Assembly: GCA_021432655.1 (NCBI GenBank)
Contig: MU271188.1
Coordinates: forward strand, 115,683 to 179,682
DNA length: 64,000 bases
Direction: 5' to 3'
DNA from: Atractiella rhizophila
Lineage: Eukaryota
The translations under genes were made by a program, and so were the position numbers. Every line of letters begins with the position of its first letter. The first letter of the stretch is position 1. Of this stretch, positions 1 through 12,406 are shown one piece after another. Under the pieces are notes generated by a model, which was given only the letters and a program-made list of their open reading frames with translations, was not told the DNA's origin and searched no databases.

Positions 1-102
1 TATACAACATATTCTCATCATCCATTGAGGGCTTTGATGGAATACATCCTTCTGCTCCACTTCTTCGTCCATTCTAGCAAGACCACATCTAAATGTTCGG
101 GC

Positions 103-1147
103 TCAAGGAGCCAGGAGCCATGCGAGGGCAACAAAGCTGATTGACGTTCTCACTGCCATTTGCATGCCGAGATTCAAAGAAGGAGCAGATGAATCCACGT
201 CTTCTTCCTCCGAAGACTGGGATTGTGAGAGAGTGCCAGATACGCTTGATGGCACGGCTCCGGATCCAACTGAGGTGGTCGAAGAACGCGAAACGATCGG
301 GGTTGAGGAATCTCCCGAGGGCGTCTCGTCGCTCGGTTCTGATGTCTCTTCAGGAACTGACGAGTTGACGGTTGGCGTCTCGTCACTGGCTTCGGTAACT
401 GTCGTTGCGCTCGCTACCTCTTTGTCGAATTGCACATCAACGCAATAGTAGTACTAGAAACCGCAACACGTTAGGATACCATCATTGTGAGAGAAGGACG
501 CTGACGTTCTGCGAGAAGTCAGGTGTAGCCCAGAATAATTGAACAACACAATCTCCCGCTTGAGAGCAAGAGTCTCCAATTACTTTGGCAGAGGGGAGCT
601 TGAAGGTAAGCTTGCTTTCTATCCAATGATATGTAATGAGTTTGAAAAGTCTGAATGGAGAGTAACGAACGATCAGCAGGTGTTTCTCCATCGGTAGGAC
701 AAAAGTCATCGAAAGTCTTCAAGAAATCTCCAATGACTTCACCCTCCTTCGACTTTGCGCCGTTCACGTCGACAAGAGAAACATTTGCTGGTCCACCATG
801 AGGGATGGTACAATCGACTCGCATCGTCATCTCGTCCCCAGGTTTCACGACTTGAACGTTCTCCGCCGGCTGGTCATCGAATTGCATCCCTCGACAGAGC
901 GTGAGAGGACAAGAAGACAGGATAGGGAGCTGTTCTTCAATATGTCCAGTTGCGTCGCTGGTTATTGCGCGTGTGGAACTGGACCCGCAGATAGAAGTCA
1001 ACGCCGCACCCGGCTGGAAAACCGATGTGAGATAACCAGACTCGTCAGAGCAAGGGACACCCATACCTGCCGGATTGGGGGGGATGTGATGGCAGCGTGG
1101 CCCAGCGTCCTGTGGATCTGGAGGAAGAGAAGTAGGAGAAGGAACAT
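103..1147 (-). CDS. Secreted, probably GPI-anchored AA16-type lytic polysaccharide monooxygenase-like copper protein (spliced)
   Basis: ATG at 1147 gives the signal peptide MFLLLLLFLQIHRTLG followed by mature His1 (HAAITSPPIRQ^PGAALTSICG after removing a GTATGG..CAG intron). Also present: LCRGMQFDD, a second His in IPHGGPANVSLVD, C-x4-C-VVQLFW, a QNYYYC (QxYxxC) motif, an S/T/E-rich stalk and a hydrophobic C-terminus ISFVALAWLLAP. The layout matches AA16 as recalled. Confidence 0.8.
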
Positions 1148-2546
1148 AACGTAGCGTAAAGATGAGCTGAAGAAGAAACAAAAACGCTGCCTGCAGCTGA
1201 CTTGACCAGAGTTCAGAAAGAGATTTGTGGTGGAAAGGAGAAAGGAAAAGTCACTGGCAAGCTAGAGAACCGTAGGTTAAACCATTCCAGTTCTATTTCT
1301 GCCGAACGTCGCCTTGGTGACAGGATCGGATCGACAGGAGCATCATGACGGCAAGGGCTTGATCTTGGGTATAGTCGTTGTTGCGCTTCTATCGTTCCCA
1401 CACCAATGTCTCCGCCACTCACCGACACTTGAGAGGAAGAAAGGAAAAGAAGTGGCCGGATTTGGTGGTTGAAACCAGGCGTCAGACGCTCACGGTATGT
1501 AGCATTCTGTAGATTGGCTGGTCAAAATACACCTGCATATACTGTTGATATTTCTTACCAGACTTTCCGATTCACTGGTTTCAAGTGAACGCTGGATATA
1601 GTAGATTGACACTTGTTGACACGATCAATCCTCCTTAGGCTTTTGACCATTTCAAAGTTATTTTGTCCAAGTGGCATTCTTGAGCCTGTTTTCAGGCAAC
1701 CAATCTATGACAACCTACCATTTACTCTCGATATCAGACTGCGAGAGGCAGGTCATCTCGTAACGAGGGCTGCATTTTAGTCATCATCTCTGCGTATTCA
1801 AGAGTTATCAGAACTCTTCTCAACACAGCCAGGGCTTCAAGAGGGCTTTTCATCTCTTGCTACAATAGTAGAGCTAGAGGGCCGCCGTAGTTTTAAATAA
1901 CATGTCGAGATTGTAGACCAGGTTTGAAACTTTGTATAAATATTGAGATGGTGTTTCTTTTGCTTCAAGTTATCGTAATCGCCTAAAGATACATGACTCC
2001 AAACATTCCACGAGCGACGGGGGGGGAGATATTGCAACCTTCCCGTTTACAGCAAGTGTCGAAACCAGATCTGTCCTCTTTCGAATTAAACGTCTTTCCT
2101 GCGCCGTCACGTTGTTCCTAAAAGATCAGTAAAAGTGTTGCAACGTCCAGAAGACGTTTCTAGGTACATCCAAGAAACGATTACAGGGGTTACGTTGGAA
2201 GCCAAGAACCGACCGATACCGACCTGCTGAACCACACTTCCCTGCTGCTGATTAATACCTGCTCACACGTTAAAATCAATATAACGGCGCCGCACTTGTC
2301 TCTCCTTCTTGCTTCGTCGAACGGCAAGCATCCAAGAGAAAGCAAGGCAATTCGAATGTGATTATGGGGACTTGCCGATGTTACTGCCGAGCATTGAGTT
2401 TACCCGTTGTCCCCACCACAATCATGTTTGGGAGTGGATTGAAATTTTGAATAGCATTGGGAGAGCTGCAGGGCTGAATAAAAGAAGAATCCAACGTTTT
2501 TTCTTTTCCTCTTGCCGGCGCGCAGTCGAACGATTTAACAAACAAC

Positions 2547-3736
2547 ATGTCACCGGGGACCACACTAGACTTGTCAGACCCAGCCCTCGTCTTTCCTGAT
2601 ATCCCCCCCTTCCCTATTGACGTCCCAACAGCTCCTCTCGTCCGCTTCTCGCTCCCTTCCCTTTCTGCGAACGCTCAGGACGCTGACGTGTTGGCGGAAC
2701 TTTTTGACGTTTGCAAGAAGATTGGGTTTTTCTACCTCGATCTGCGTGGAAGTGATGATGGAGAAAGATTGTTGAAGGTCGTGGACAAGATGTGGGAGGT
2801 AGGGAACATGGCCTTTGCATTGGAAGAAGATGTGAAGAAACAGTTTGACTTTAGGGAAGAAGGAAGTAATTATGGTTACAAGGTTCGTCTCGCTTTCATT
2901 AAGCGGAATGCTGGATTGACAAGTTTTGACAGGCTGCTGGAGCTTACACAGGGGCCAAGAGTGCCATGAAGGATCGCACTGAATTCTGGAACATCGCGAA
3001 GGACGACATATTATTGACCCCAGGTCGAGCGGCTACGCCGTATCCGCCTGCAATCCTCGACAATCGAGAGCTCATATCTGAGCACGTTCGCTTATGCCAT
3101 TCCATCTGTCTCATGCTCCTTGAACACATCAACACCTTCCTTCAGCTCCCTCCCAATACACTGGCGAATCTTCACAGGATTCACCAGGTTTCCAGTGATC
3201 AGGTTAGATTCGTGAGAGCAGAACCGAAGAAGCAGGACGAACGGGAACTCGCACTTGCAGCTCATTCTGATTTCGGTTCTGTAACGGTTTTATTCAACAG
3301 ACTTTCTGGTCTCCAGGTGCGCTGTCCATGGTTACTCAACATTCTTGTTGACGAGGAGCAGGTTCTTCTTCCCGAAGAAGATAAATTTATATACGTCCGC
3401 CCTTTAAGGTATCACGCCGTCATCAATTTGGGAGATTCACTCGTCAAATTCTCTAACTATCTCCTGCGCTCCAATATCCACCGGGTTATCAGCCCAGCTG
3501 GAGAACAAGCCCATTGCACCAGGATGAGTCTGGTATATTTCTCGAGACCGGAGGACGATGTCTTATTGAGGAGACTTGAATCATCTGTCATTCCGCCACT
3601 TGAAGAAGGTGTGGTGGAGGAAGAAGTGACGAGTAAGGACTGGATTTTGAGGAGAGCATTGGGAAAAGTGAACGGAAAAGTTGTGGATAGGTCGGGAACA
3701 GAAAGGCATCAGAAACTTGTAAACAATCAAGATTGA
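2547..3736 (+). CDS. 2-oxoglutarate/Fe(II)-dependent oxygenase (IPNS/DIOX-like)
   Basis: N-terminal IGFFYL block, HxD in AHSDFGSVT, distal His in SNIHRV, RxS in TRMS. Introns at about 2883-2931 and 3317-3361. Confidence 0.9.
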
Positions 3737-3780
3737 GGAACTGTTGTGCTCGAAAATGTTGTTTGTCATCGACATCAAAG

Positions 3781-6700
3781 TCATGTAGATTCTTTGTTTA
3801 ATGATTCCACCTGAGTTACAAGTCCGCCACCTAACGAGCGAATCTGGTCTAAGATCGCGCCGCGGTTCAAGACTACTTTCTGCTTTTCACTACCCTCTCC
3901 TTCAGGCCGACTGGTGAAATCTAGGTTGACGCGGAAGTCTCTGGGGACATCCAATGTTGGATTGAAAAGGCCACGAATGACCGAACCACCATGCTCGTCG
4001 TAGAAAAGGAGGAGAGAATCCGAATAAACCAGCTATTCATCTTCGTCTCAGCACGAATGTTGACGAGACGTGTACTCACCATCAATGTGTGGACGAATTC
4101 CGACACTGGATCCCAGCCGACGACCACTTCCGATTCAGGTGCTTTCTCCTCACTGGCTTTCAGGTCCGTTGAGGTGAAAGATAATGACTGATATGCCCTA
4201 GGATTACGGTCTTGCGCGAGGTGTATGATGAAGTCGAATTCATCCATCGAAGGGGTAAAGAGCGTCTGTAGTGTCGTTTTTAGCCATAAAGCATTGTACT
4301 AACTAGATAGAGGACGGCTCACTCTTATACTTGTCATTGGCTGCATCAAACCTGCCAATGCTGCTCTCGCAAGATGGATGATACGAGAAGCAACAACCTT
4401 TCCAGGTCTGTCCCATCCCCAATGCTTCCCACAAGCGTCTGCCTCTGTCGCTACAAAGAATGCAGCATGATTGACAGCGGGGTCATGCGTTCTGGTCTCT
4501 TTAAACTGAGCAAGAAGGCTGGCCTCTTTCACCTTGCTGAACGTGAAAACTCCCTCGGTCGCAGCACTGTAGAGAGGGACCAGCAGAGGTTGGGTCCTCC
4601 ACTTCCATTGTGAGAGCAGGAGCATCACCCGAACGAAACCACTTTCGCTGCTTGCGGGTGGCTGAGAGTCCAGGAAGATATGGACGCAGATCAGTTCTAT
4701 GAGCTGATGTGGGACGTGCGTTCCAAGCAAGCCGTGAGATGCGAACCAACGCTTAGTTACGCGAGTAGTAAGAGAGAGCGCGGTGAATCGAGATTGGAGA
4801 GCAGCAAAAGCGGAATGATGTCGAGGCATATGCTCATATCGCTTTGTGTGTAGTTGCATTGACGAGTGAAACAGCCTTTTATCTTTCTCATTAGAGCATT
4901 TCTGCAAACCCGTCTCTAAGAGGAGCTTCTCTCGCTCATAATGTACCCTTATCCGGAAGGGGAGGCCATCAGACGTAAAAATGGAGAGGTAGCAATTATC
5001 TTGTACCGGATATCGGTCCACGTCGAATCCAATCGATATCTGGCTCGCTGGGGATACCTTCTTGAAGGATTCTCCAACTTTTGCTAGAAACGCGGCTTTG
5101 ATCTTCTGTACGGCTTCCAGGTCTTCAGGCCACTTGCCAGATCCTTCAAACGTTATCTGCAGCTCAAGCGGCGACACAAACTTCATGCTCGTCGGAGCAC
5201 CTTGAAGCTTGGTTAAATCGTAGAAAGGTGGGATAAAAGTGCTGGCACTACGAAGACCGTCTGAAACAGGGGTAACCTGGGTAATAGCGAGCGGGATGTC
5301 CTCCAGTCTTTTGAGTTGTTCTGCAAACTCATTGAAAGCAGCCCCAATAGCCACGAAAGCCTTCGTTCGGGGATCAGCAGCGTAAAGTACTTTGGTGACG
5401 GAAACCGAAGGATTGACAAGCTTGTTGAAGCAGCCGTTAAAATATACCACATCTGATCGTGGAATGTGGAAATGACTTTCGAGGATGTACCAAACTATTT
5501 CCCGAACGATCAGCTGTCGCGACTCGCTGTTCTCCCAAACGACGCTTTCCAGGATCTTGCCGTCCTTAAAACGTCTAAGTTCAGACTTCTTCCCCCAGAA
5601 ATCTCTCCACTTTGTGGCTGCTTCCTCATCATTCGCAGGCGGGCCTTGATCTATGATTCGTGTGTTGTTTAATGGATTTAGCAGCACACCGAAAGATACC
5701 TCGAGTGGGCCAGTTGAAGGAGAAAAGGAAGTCGTGGTGTTCCAAGTTGTGACCTCAGCAGCCTGAAGCAATGAGCCCTGTATACGATCTCCTAAACCTA
5801 AAGCGAGCGACTGATTGATCGTCCACACGGCGTAGGCTGGTGCTGACGGAAAGTCATACCGATTGCCGACCTTCGCTTTGGAGGAGATTTTGGAGAGTGT
5901 TTCCGCCTTGACTGTGATTCTACCCCGCATCGTGTGAGCTTCGAGACAGATGTAGGGCAACAGTCACATACCGAGCAAAGTGATCAAAGCGCGCAAAGTC
6001 TATATCAAAGATCCGTTGGGAGGTTCCACCTAGGAATAGATTTTCTCCCTCGGATGTTCGGTTGAGGTAGCATTGAGCATCCTGTCGGATCTACAGGGGC
6101 ATAAGCTTTTGATTTCGGAGAGAACAAACGCACGAGCTCTAGCAGCGATACGGAAATCCCTTCACATAAGTTCACGCTTCCAGATGAATCTACAAACACG
6201 GGAGTGGATGCTGATTCAAAGTCTGAGCTCGGGATCTAATCATTACATCAGAAAATCATTCTTACGAAGCGGTAGCACCTACAGAGTCCTGATCCTCAAT
6301 CGCACGGCGCATAAACACCTTCTTATTTTGCCATTCGTGCATTGCTGCGCCCCGCTCCTCTTGTCAACAAATCGATACTAAACAGATGGCAACAGTCGTA
6401 CCTAAGAATCTCAGTGCTCCTTTGAAAAGAGTCCACGCGTCCATCGACTTATCCAGGCACGGCTTCCCTTTTCCAGAACCACCAACGAGCAGATAAATGA
6501 GGAGATGGTCTAACAAATGGTCCAGGTCATGTGAACGGTACCTCCTCTCCGAAAACCAAAGTCTGAGAAGCCGCTGTGCGTCCACAAATCCCGCGCAAGC
6601 TGAGAGGCTCTCCTTCTGCTTGTCACATGCATCGAAGAAGGCTAGAGAGTCTCTCGCTATGAGAGAGTTGTACTTCGGCGTCGGTGACGATGAGGATTTG

Positions 6701-8011
6701 ATATTTGATCGAATTGGGGACAGACGCTTGACCTCGAACGTTTCCGAGGGGTAGAGGAGGTTCACCTCGATCTCTTGTCTTTCCTTCTCCTGTTCCTTGG
6801 AGAGCAAGAGTGTGATTCTTCCTCCTTTATCCATATAAGAGAAAGACCACTTCTTCCCTTCCTTCGTTCTCTGTAGCACAGAGGCAACGACGGCCAGGTA
6901 ATATGATCTCTTCAAAAGGTAGCGTGGGTGTTGGTAGTCTTTAGGCTGGAAAATGGACTATTGAAGGCGAACAAAACATAAGGATCAATCAATAGGTTGG
7001 TCAACTGGGGATTGAATTGCAATGTAACATACAGAAGGCATAACGACATGAACCAAAACTCTGTTGGTTCCTCGCTCGTCTTTCAAGCAGGAAGAATCAA
7101 TGATTCGGACGTCGACGGGTGGTTCCCAAGTGACAGTACCGTTCATGCTCTCGATAGACGCTTCTTCTACCCAGGTTGTAATGGGAACTCTCACACCACC
7201 TCCGACATGGACCCCGGGTAGAGTCTTGAGTGGAATGGCGGCAAGAGTTGAGGCATTGCGCAGGAGAGGAGGGATGAACGCTGCGTGATTTGATGGAGGC
7301 AGGAAAGACGCGGAAAGGAGCTTCGTCACCTAATGTTTGAGTCAGTTAGAACCTCGCACAGCAATAATCTCCCGAAGCGAAGTAGTGTAAGTTGTGAACA
7401 AGCAACGGTCATACTCCTTTCTCCGTTTGTGAGGCGAATAATCAGGTCCAATCTTATTGGAAACGAGGTTGCTTGTTTCAAACTATTTGATCTTCCACAA
7501 ACGTAACGGTCTTTGTGCCACAGGTGTGCTCAAGACGAGCGACTGAAGACCTGACATGTTATGGTGCTTAATTTGGATTGAAAGATTCAACAGCAAATCT
7601 TGCAATTATCAAGCCAAGTAGCCGAGAATATCACCTGTCTCAAGTTTTAAGACCGCGAAAACAAATTCAGAGCCTTCTGCAGGCATACGTGATACCGTTT
7701 GGAACAGAATGGACTTCTGTCTCCATATATTGAGCCGGATCTCAGCCAGCTGTGCGGTTTGCGCAGGGTCAAGTAGATGGCAGGGCACACAGAAATTTGA
7801 TAGATAGGCTAAACCAAAAGCTGCAAGAGGAAGGGTGACAAACCTGCTCCTTGATGCTCTTCCCTTTTCCTTTTCCGCCTGCGACTTTCAGCAGAGTCTC
7901 CGCTTGCTCGACCTTATCCCCATTTGCTGCCTTCGCCGCTTTCAACACTGGTACAGAATCTCCATCAGTGAACTCGTCAAAGTCTTCTGAGCGTTTTCTT
8001 TTTACTACCAT
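3781..8011 (-). CDS. UTP22: Nrap/Utp22, U3 snoRNA-associated 90S preribosome protein (multi-exon)
   Basis: DYQHPRYLLKRSYYL, IDQGPPA...FWGKKSELRRFKDGKILESVVW, FEGSGKWPEDLEAVQKIKAAFL, VVVGWDPV and a C-terminal VLNRGAILDQIRSLGGGLV, all typical of Utp22. Start MVVKRKR at 8011. Confidence 0.9.
7390..7660 (-). ncRNA. Putative intron-encoded H/ACA-like structured RNA in the 366-nt UTP22 intron (7330-7695)
   Basis: A perfect 10-bp basal stem (7397-7406/7468-7477) is followed on the minus strand by ACA (7393-7395). An ANANNA box AGATCA (7488-7493) lies just upstream. Further stems GCGGTCTT/AAGACCGT and ACAGGTG/CACCTGT occur in the 5' part. The 5' end is approximate. Confidence 0.45.
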
Positions 8012-8740
8012 CAGAGGAGCAACTGAGATGAGAATGAACGTAACGCAGAAGAGAAATTTTTTTGGGTTGAGTTTGGTTGAATTTAGGTCGACTGCTTTTT
8101 GCAAACGACACAAATCAGCACAAACAGCATCATTGCGCTCCAGTCCTGATGGATTTCGATGAGACTATGGTATTTGGAGATATTGCAGGTTGGATGATTT
8201 CTCTAGGATATAATGTTGCGTGTTCGTGAGAAAAGAAGGAAATTTTGGCCCTGTTGGCTGCAGAGTCCAACAACCGTGGTATGTCCTCACACGTCCACAA
8301 ATTGTGGGCTTTAGGACATGGATATCGCGTCAAAGAGTCGCAAGGTTCAAGCCACACCTGCAGACTTATTCCGAGATCTCGCGTAACGGCTCCAGTGATT
8401 TGATTTGGTCATTTTGTTTGGTCGTAACCCTTGCCCCTCGTGGTACCACAGTGCAACCTGTATTGGTCTGCGCAGCTTTTCGCCAGTAAATTCCAGTCTA
8501 GAATCTACATTGCGGCTACGGGTTCCGTAGGAGGCATCTTAGTGGCATTCCTGTGCCTTTTAGGCTTTACTGTCTGTAGGCGCTGGGAGGCTTGTCTACT
8601 GGCAGAGGGGAAAACATAGTCGCAGAGGATGTACCGCATCATCAGATGATAAAAAGAGCTGATAACTTCTCCCATCCTCACTTACACCGCAAACACATTT
8701 TTAAAGACACACACATTTATCTCAAACTCTTTCCATTCCT

Positions 8741-9877
8741 ATGGCCGCCGTTGTTGCGATATTAGTTGGTGTTGTCGGGTATAGAGTTTATACCGCGCGA
8801 AAGAAGGCCCATCAGGCATTTCTGGATGTGACAGATGATCTACCGACCTCTCAGCAGCTGGAAGAAGCGTCAAAACTGATTATTTCTGACGAGAATGGTG
8901 GGTCTATTGCTGCCTTACGCAATATAGGTGTCCATGAGCTGGGACAGGCGTCAAAATCTCTTTATACTCTCTCTTTGAACAGCAAAGAACTCTCGTGATC
9001 TGGATTCGGTATGTGCCTCTTTCGCACCCGCTCCTGAGCTCTCTAACCTGCCAGGAAGGAACTTTTACTGCGGCTCGTATGTCATTATGTTAATTATGTT
9101 GATAGAAGTTTACGCCTGGATAAAGGTGCCAGGCTTTCGTGGAGGCGGTGTCGGAAGCAGTGAAACCAAATGATCTTAAACTCGCAGGTGTGAAAATCGT
9201 GAGTCCATTTATCCAAGGATCTCTTGAAAAGGATGATGGTGACTGTGGAATAGGTATTCATTGGCTGCGGTGACTTTCAACTAATCAAGCCCTACCGAGG
9301 TCGCTAGTATTCCCTCTCAAATCGAAACCTCGTTGATTGAGGCTTTGGGAGACAGAACACACATCCTGCCCTTTCCCCATCTATGCCGACCCTACCACAG
9401 CAACTTACAAGGCTCTGGGAATGACCCTTCGAAAGTTGGACCGGGGGAAGGATGCAGAAGTTGCAAGTTATGCGCGAACAGGGAAATTTGGGGATCTCAA
9501 GAAAGGGATCTCGGTTCGTCTTTATTTGGATTTTTGAAAAATCGGGGAGACCGAAAGTTTATCACAGAATGCGTTTAGCTTGAAACATTTTGGAAAGCAA
9601 GGAGATAGCAAACAGCTAGGTGGAGATTTTATACTGGGACCTGGTACGTTTATAAGTTCGTTTGAACAAGAATTACCAGCAAATTTACCGTTCGGCTTTG
9701 CTCAGGTCTTAACGCCGAGCTCGCTCATAGGTAATTATTTCCTCAAATTTCTTCGATAATGCCTTAAACTTCCCATTCTTCAGGATGCGGAATGTCAGAG
9801 ACCATACAGATGTCAGTGAACTTTTGGCATATTTAGGTCTTGAGAAATTTGGCTACGCGGAGAGCACTTTCTCATAG
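8741..9877 (+). CDS. AhpC/TSA-like (peroxiredoxin-like 2 / thioredoxin-fold) protein with an N-terminal hydrophobic anchor
   Basis: Spliced IWIR^NFYCGS^CQAF gives a CxxC motif (18-nt micro-exon at about 9059-9076). Also FIGCGDFQLIKPYR, PFPIYADPT..TYKALGM, KQLGGDFILGPG and AHRMRNVRDH. Confidence 0.8.
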
Positions 9878-10661
9878 TTTTCTTACCTAGTAAGCACTGT
9901 CTTTATCAACACAGCAGAATGCTTATGATCCCAGTAGATTGTATAATACACCATTGTTGAAATTGTCACTATAGACGAACATTCTCTCCAAAAAGTGTGG
10001 ACGATGCCCGATCACTTTCGAAGCTGGGATCAACTGATGCAGACGATGAATTCTCCACCATTGGAAGAAGGCGACATTATCTCAATGCGTCCTCCTTGGT
10101 TCTCACTTTGTCAGTCTTCTCGTAACTGCGATGGCGTTTTGCCGGAGCGGGACGATGGGAAAAGCGGGAACGGGAAGGGCTAGGGGGGAGTTTAGGCCGC
10201 CAAGGTCCCGCCCCTTGACTCTGGCGGGATGGTAGGCGGTAAACGATTGTGGTTTCTTCTACTCGCTTCATTTCTACGACCAACAGTGTGTCAAGAAATT
10301 CATTGTCAACATTGCTAAGACAGTGAAGGGATACGTAGGTACATCCTTTCACAAAAGGAAGTTCTAAAACCAGCTGTTTGCAACAGAAAAGGGACTTAAA
10401 GTACGAGAAACGACATTGATTCTGCGAATATGAACGATGTACATCAATTCTCTAGAGTTTCTCCCAATTTTTCTTCATTGACACTTGTTCAGACACACTC
10501 AGCAAACCGATACGAAATCCCTATACTCCCTTACCACGCCGGTTATGAAACTCGTAAGCAATACGCTTATATCGCTATCCAGCTTCAGTCAGGCTGTCTA
10601 AGTCAGAGGGTGGGTTGCTCCATGCTTATTTGGATTTGCTCGTCGGAACATTGATGGGGCG

Positions 10662-11723
10662 ATGCATGGACAGGAGGCAAAGAGCGCCATGGCCTTACTT
10701 CAAAAGATAGCTACGACGGTCGAGCTGCTCACGCCATCGTACGCTCAGCCTAGCTCTCCATCGTCATCTGTCGGTTCGGATGGGGCCAACTTCTTCGATA
10801 CGACACTCGATGGCCCTGACAGCGTCAACTATTGCCCTGGAACGAGGGAATCTGCTCAGTCTTTCTCACCTTTCAAGGCCGCAACTGCTCAAGTGCAGCA
10901 GGCGAAGCGAGATCAAGTCGTGGGCGAAGATATCATTCAACTCGCGCAATACGAGGTCGAGGTGCCTCATGGCACGGATCATTTTGCTCAACCATTTACT
11001 TGGCAGCAGACTGCTTTCATGGATCATCGAGCTCCTCGGACTTCGATTCAAGCCATCGAAACTCCTCCCCCTGATCAGCAATTTTTGACTTTGCGCCAAG
11101 TCTGGTATCAAACGCCTCCAACCACTCCCCCTGTCGCTGTCGCTGAATCCATCGTTAACGGGGTGGACACTCCGCCCACTGGTAGCGTTCATCCCAGCAA
11201 GAAGTTCACCTGGCAGCAAAAGCAAAATTTCCCCAGTGTGATCTCTCCAGCGAATTGGCGACGCGCTTACAAGTATGAAATGTCTTCTGGTGTCTCTGCG
11301 AGCTTGACCAACAGCACGAGTTGCGTGAACAGGGATTCTGACGAGAAGGGTGTCTCCGTTTCCTCCCATGCGCTATTGAAGACGTCTGTCTATCCGGAGA
11401 GCGAAGTCTACTTTAACACGCCTGCGAAAACCGCTTCGCTTCAAAACAATGGTCACAGGATGATGCACCCACCTTGTCCCATGCCTCACCACACTACGCA
11501 TGGGTCTAACGGCGTTGGTCAGCACTCAGAATCGACCCACAGAAGGTCTCCTCTCAAACATCATAATAAAGGTCAGGAGCTAGAGCTACCTTTCGTGAGG
11601 GACCTGCCACCTCACTTCTTGCTTGGGGTTGAATTCGTTGAACACCGACATGATATCTGCGGGTTTTCGACGCCGAAATGGTATGACGAAGAAGCAAAGG
11701 AGAACTATTGGACTTGCGTTTGA
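10662..11723 (+). CDS. Hypothetical S/P/T/Q-rich, probably disordered protein (353 aa ORF)
   Basis: Long uninterrupted ATG-initiated ORF; no motif recognised. Confidence 0.45.
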   Translation: MHGQEAKSAMALLQKIATTVELLTPSYAQPSSPSSSVGSDGANFFDTTLDGPDSVNYCPGTRESAQSFSPFKAATAQVQQAKRDQVVGEDIIQLAQYEVEVPHGTDHFAQPFTWQQTAFMDHRAPRTSIQAIETPPPDQQFLTLRQVWYQTPPTTPPVAVAESIVNGVDTPPTGSVHPSKKFTWQQKQNFPSVISPANWRRAYKYEMSSGVSASLTNSTSCVNRDSDEKGVSVSSHALLKTSVYPESEVYFNTPAKTASLQNNGHRMMHPPCPMPHHTTHGSNGVGQHSESTHRRSPLKHHNKGQELELPFVRDLPPHFLLGVEFVEHRHDICGFSTPKWYDEEAKENYWTCV

Positions 11724-12406
11724 CTGCTAGAGTCACCAGTATGACTTAACGTTTGCTGCTTGTTATGAATGGGATGTGCGAAATACTCCTTCACATGAAC
11801 TTTGTAAAACTTTCTCGCTATAGTTTGTATAAGTAAATGGGATGACAACATTGTTGTTCTAAGCTTGGTTGTACTGGGACACTGTAACAAAACGAGCGGG
11901 GCACAATGAAGTCCTGTAGTCCTTGTCTTCAAGTTCGTATCATTGGGACTCGGATGGCTGCTGTCCAAGATCCGATTTACGTTCCATTTGCAACGTCATG
12001 CTAATGTCGCGGCTTCAGCTTCCGGTTAGGTTAGCTGCCTTCAGTATCAATTTGCGTGAGCATCGACTTTTTTCTGACATCCTTTGCGATTGACACGTGC
12101 GAAGTAGTACCGTAACCGGGCCCCGGGAGCAGGTTCCTCCTTATTCCCAAGATAGGCTAGCGGTGGGTACGAAGAGTGTCAGCAAAAATGTTTTTATTAT
12201 GACATTCTTGGTTTGTTTCTGCATTCTAGTTGTTAATGCCGCCTTGACTCGGAGTGTGAAGGCTCTTCCGCTTTGGAGAGGCAGTTCATACACGCCGAAG
12301 GCCAGCGATGAGCGTGATGGAATGGCGCTTATATACAGTCGTCTGCCCTAGCAATATGATTGCTTCAGATAATCTAGAGCAATAAACAGGAAACTATTCT
12401 GTTAGG

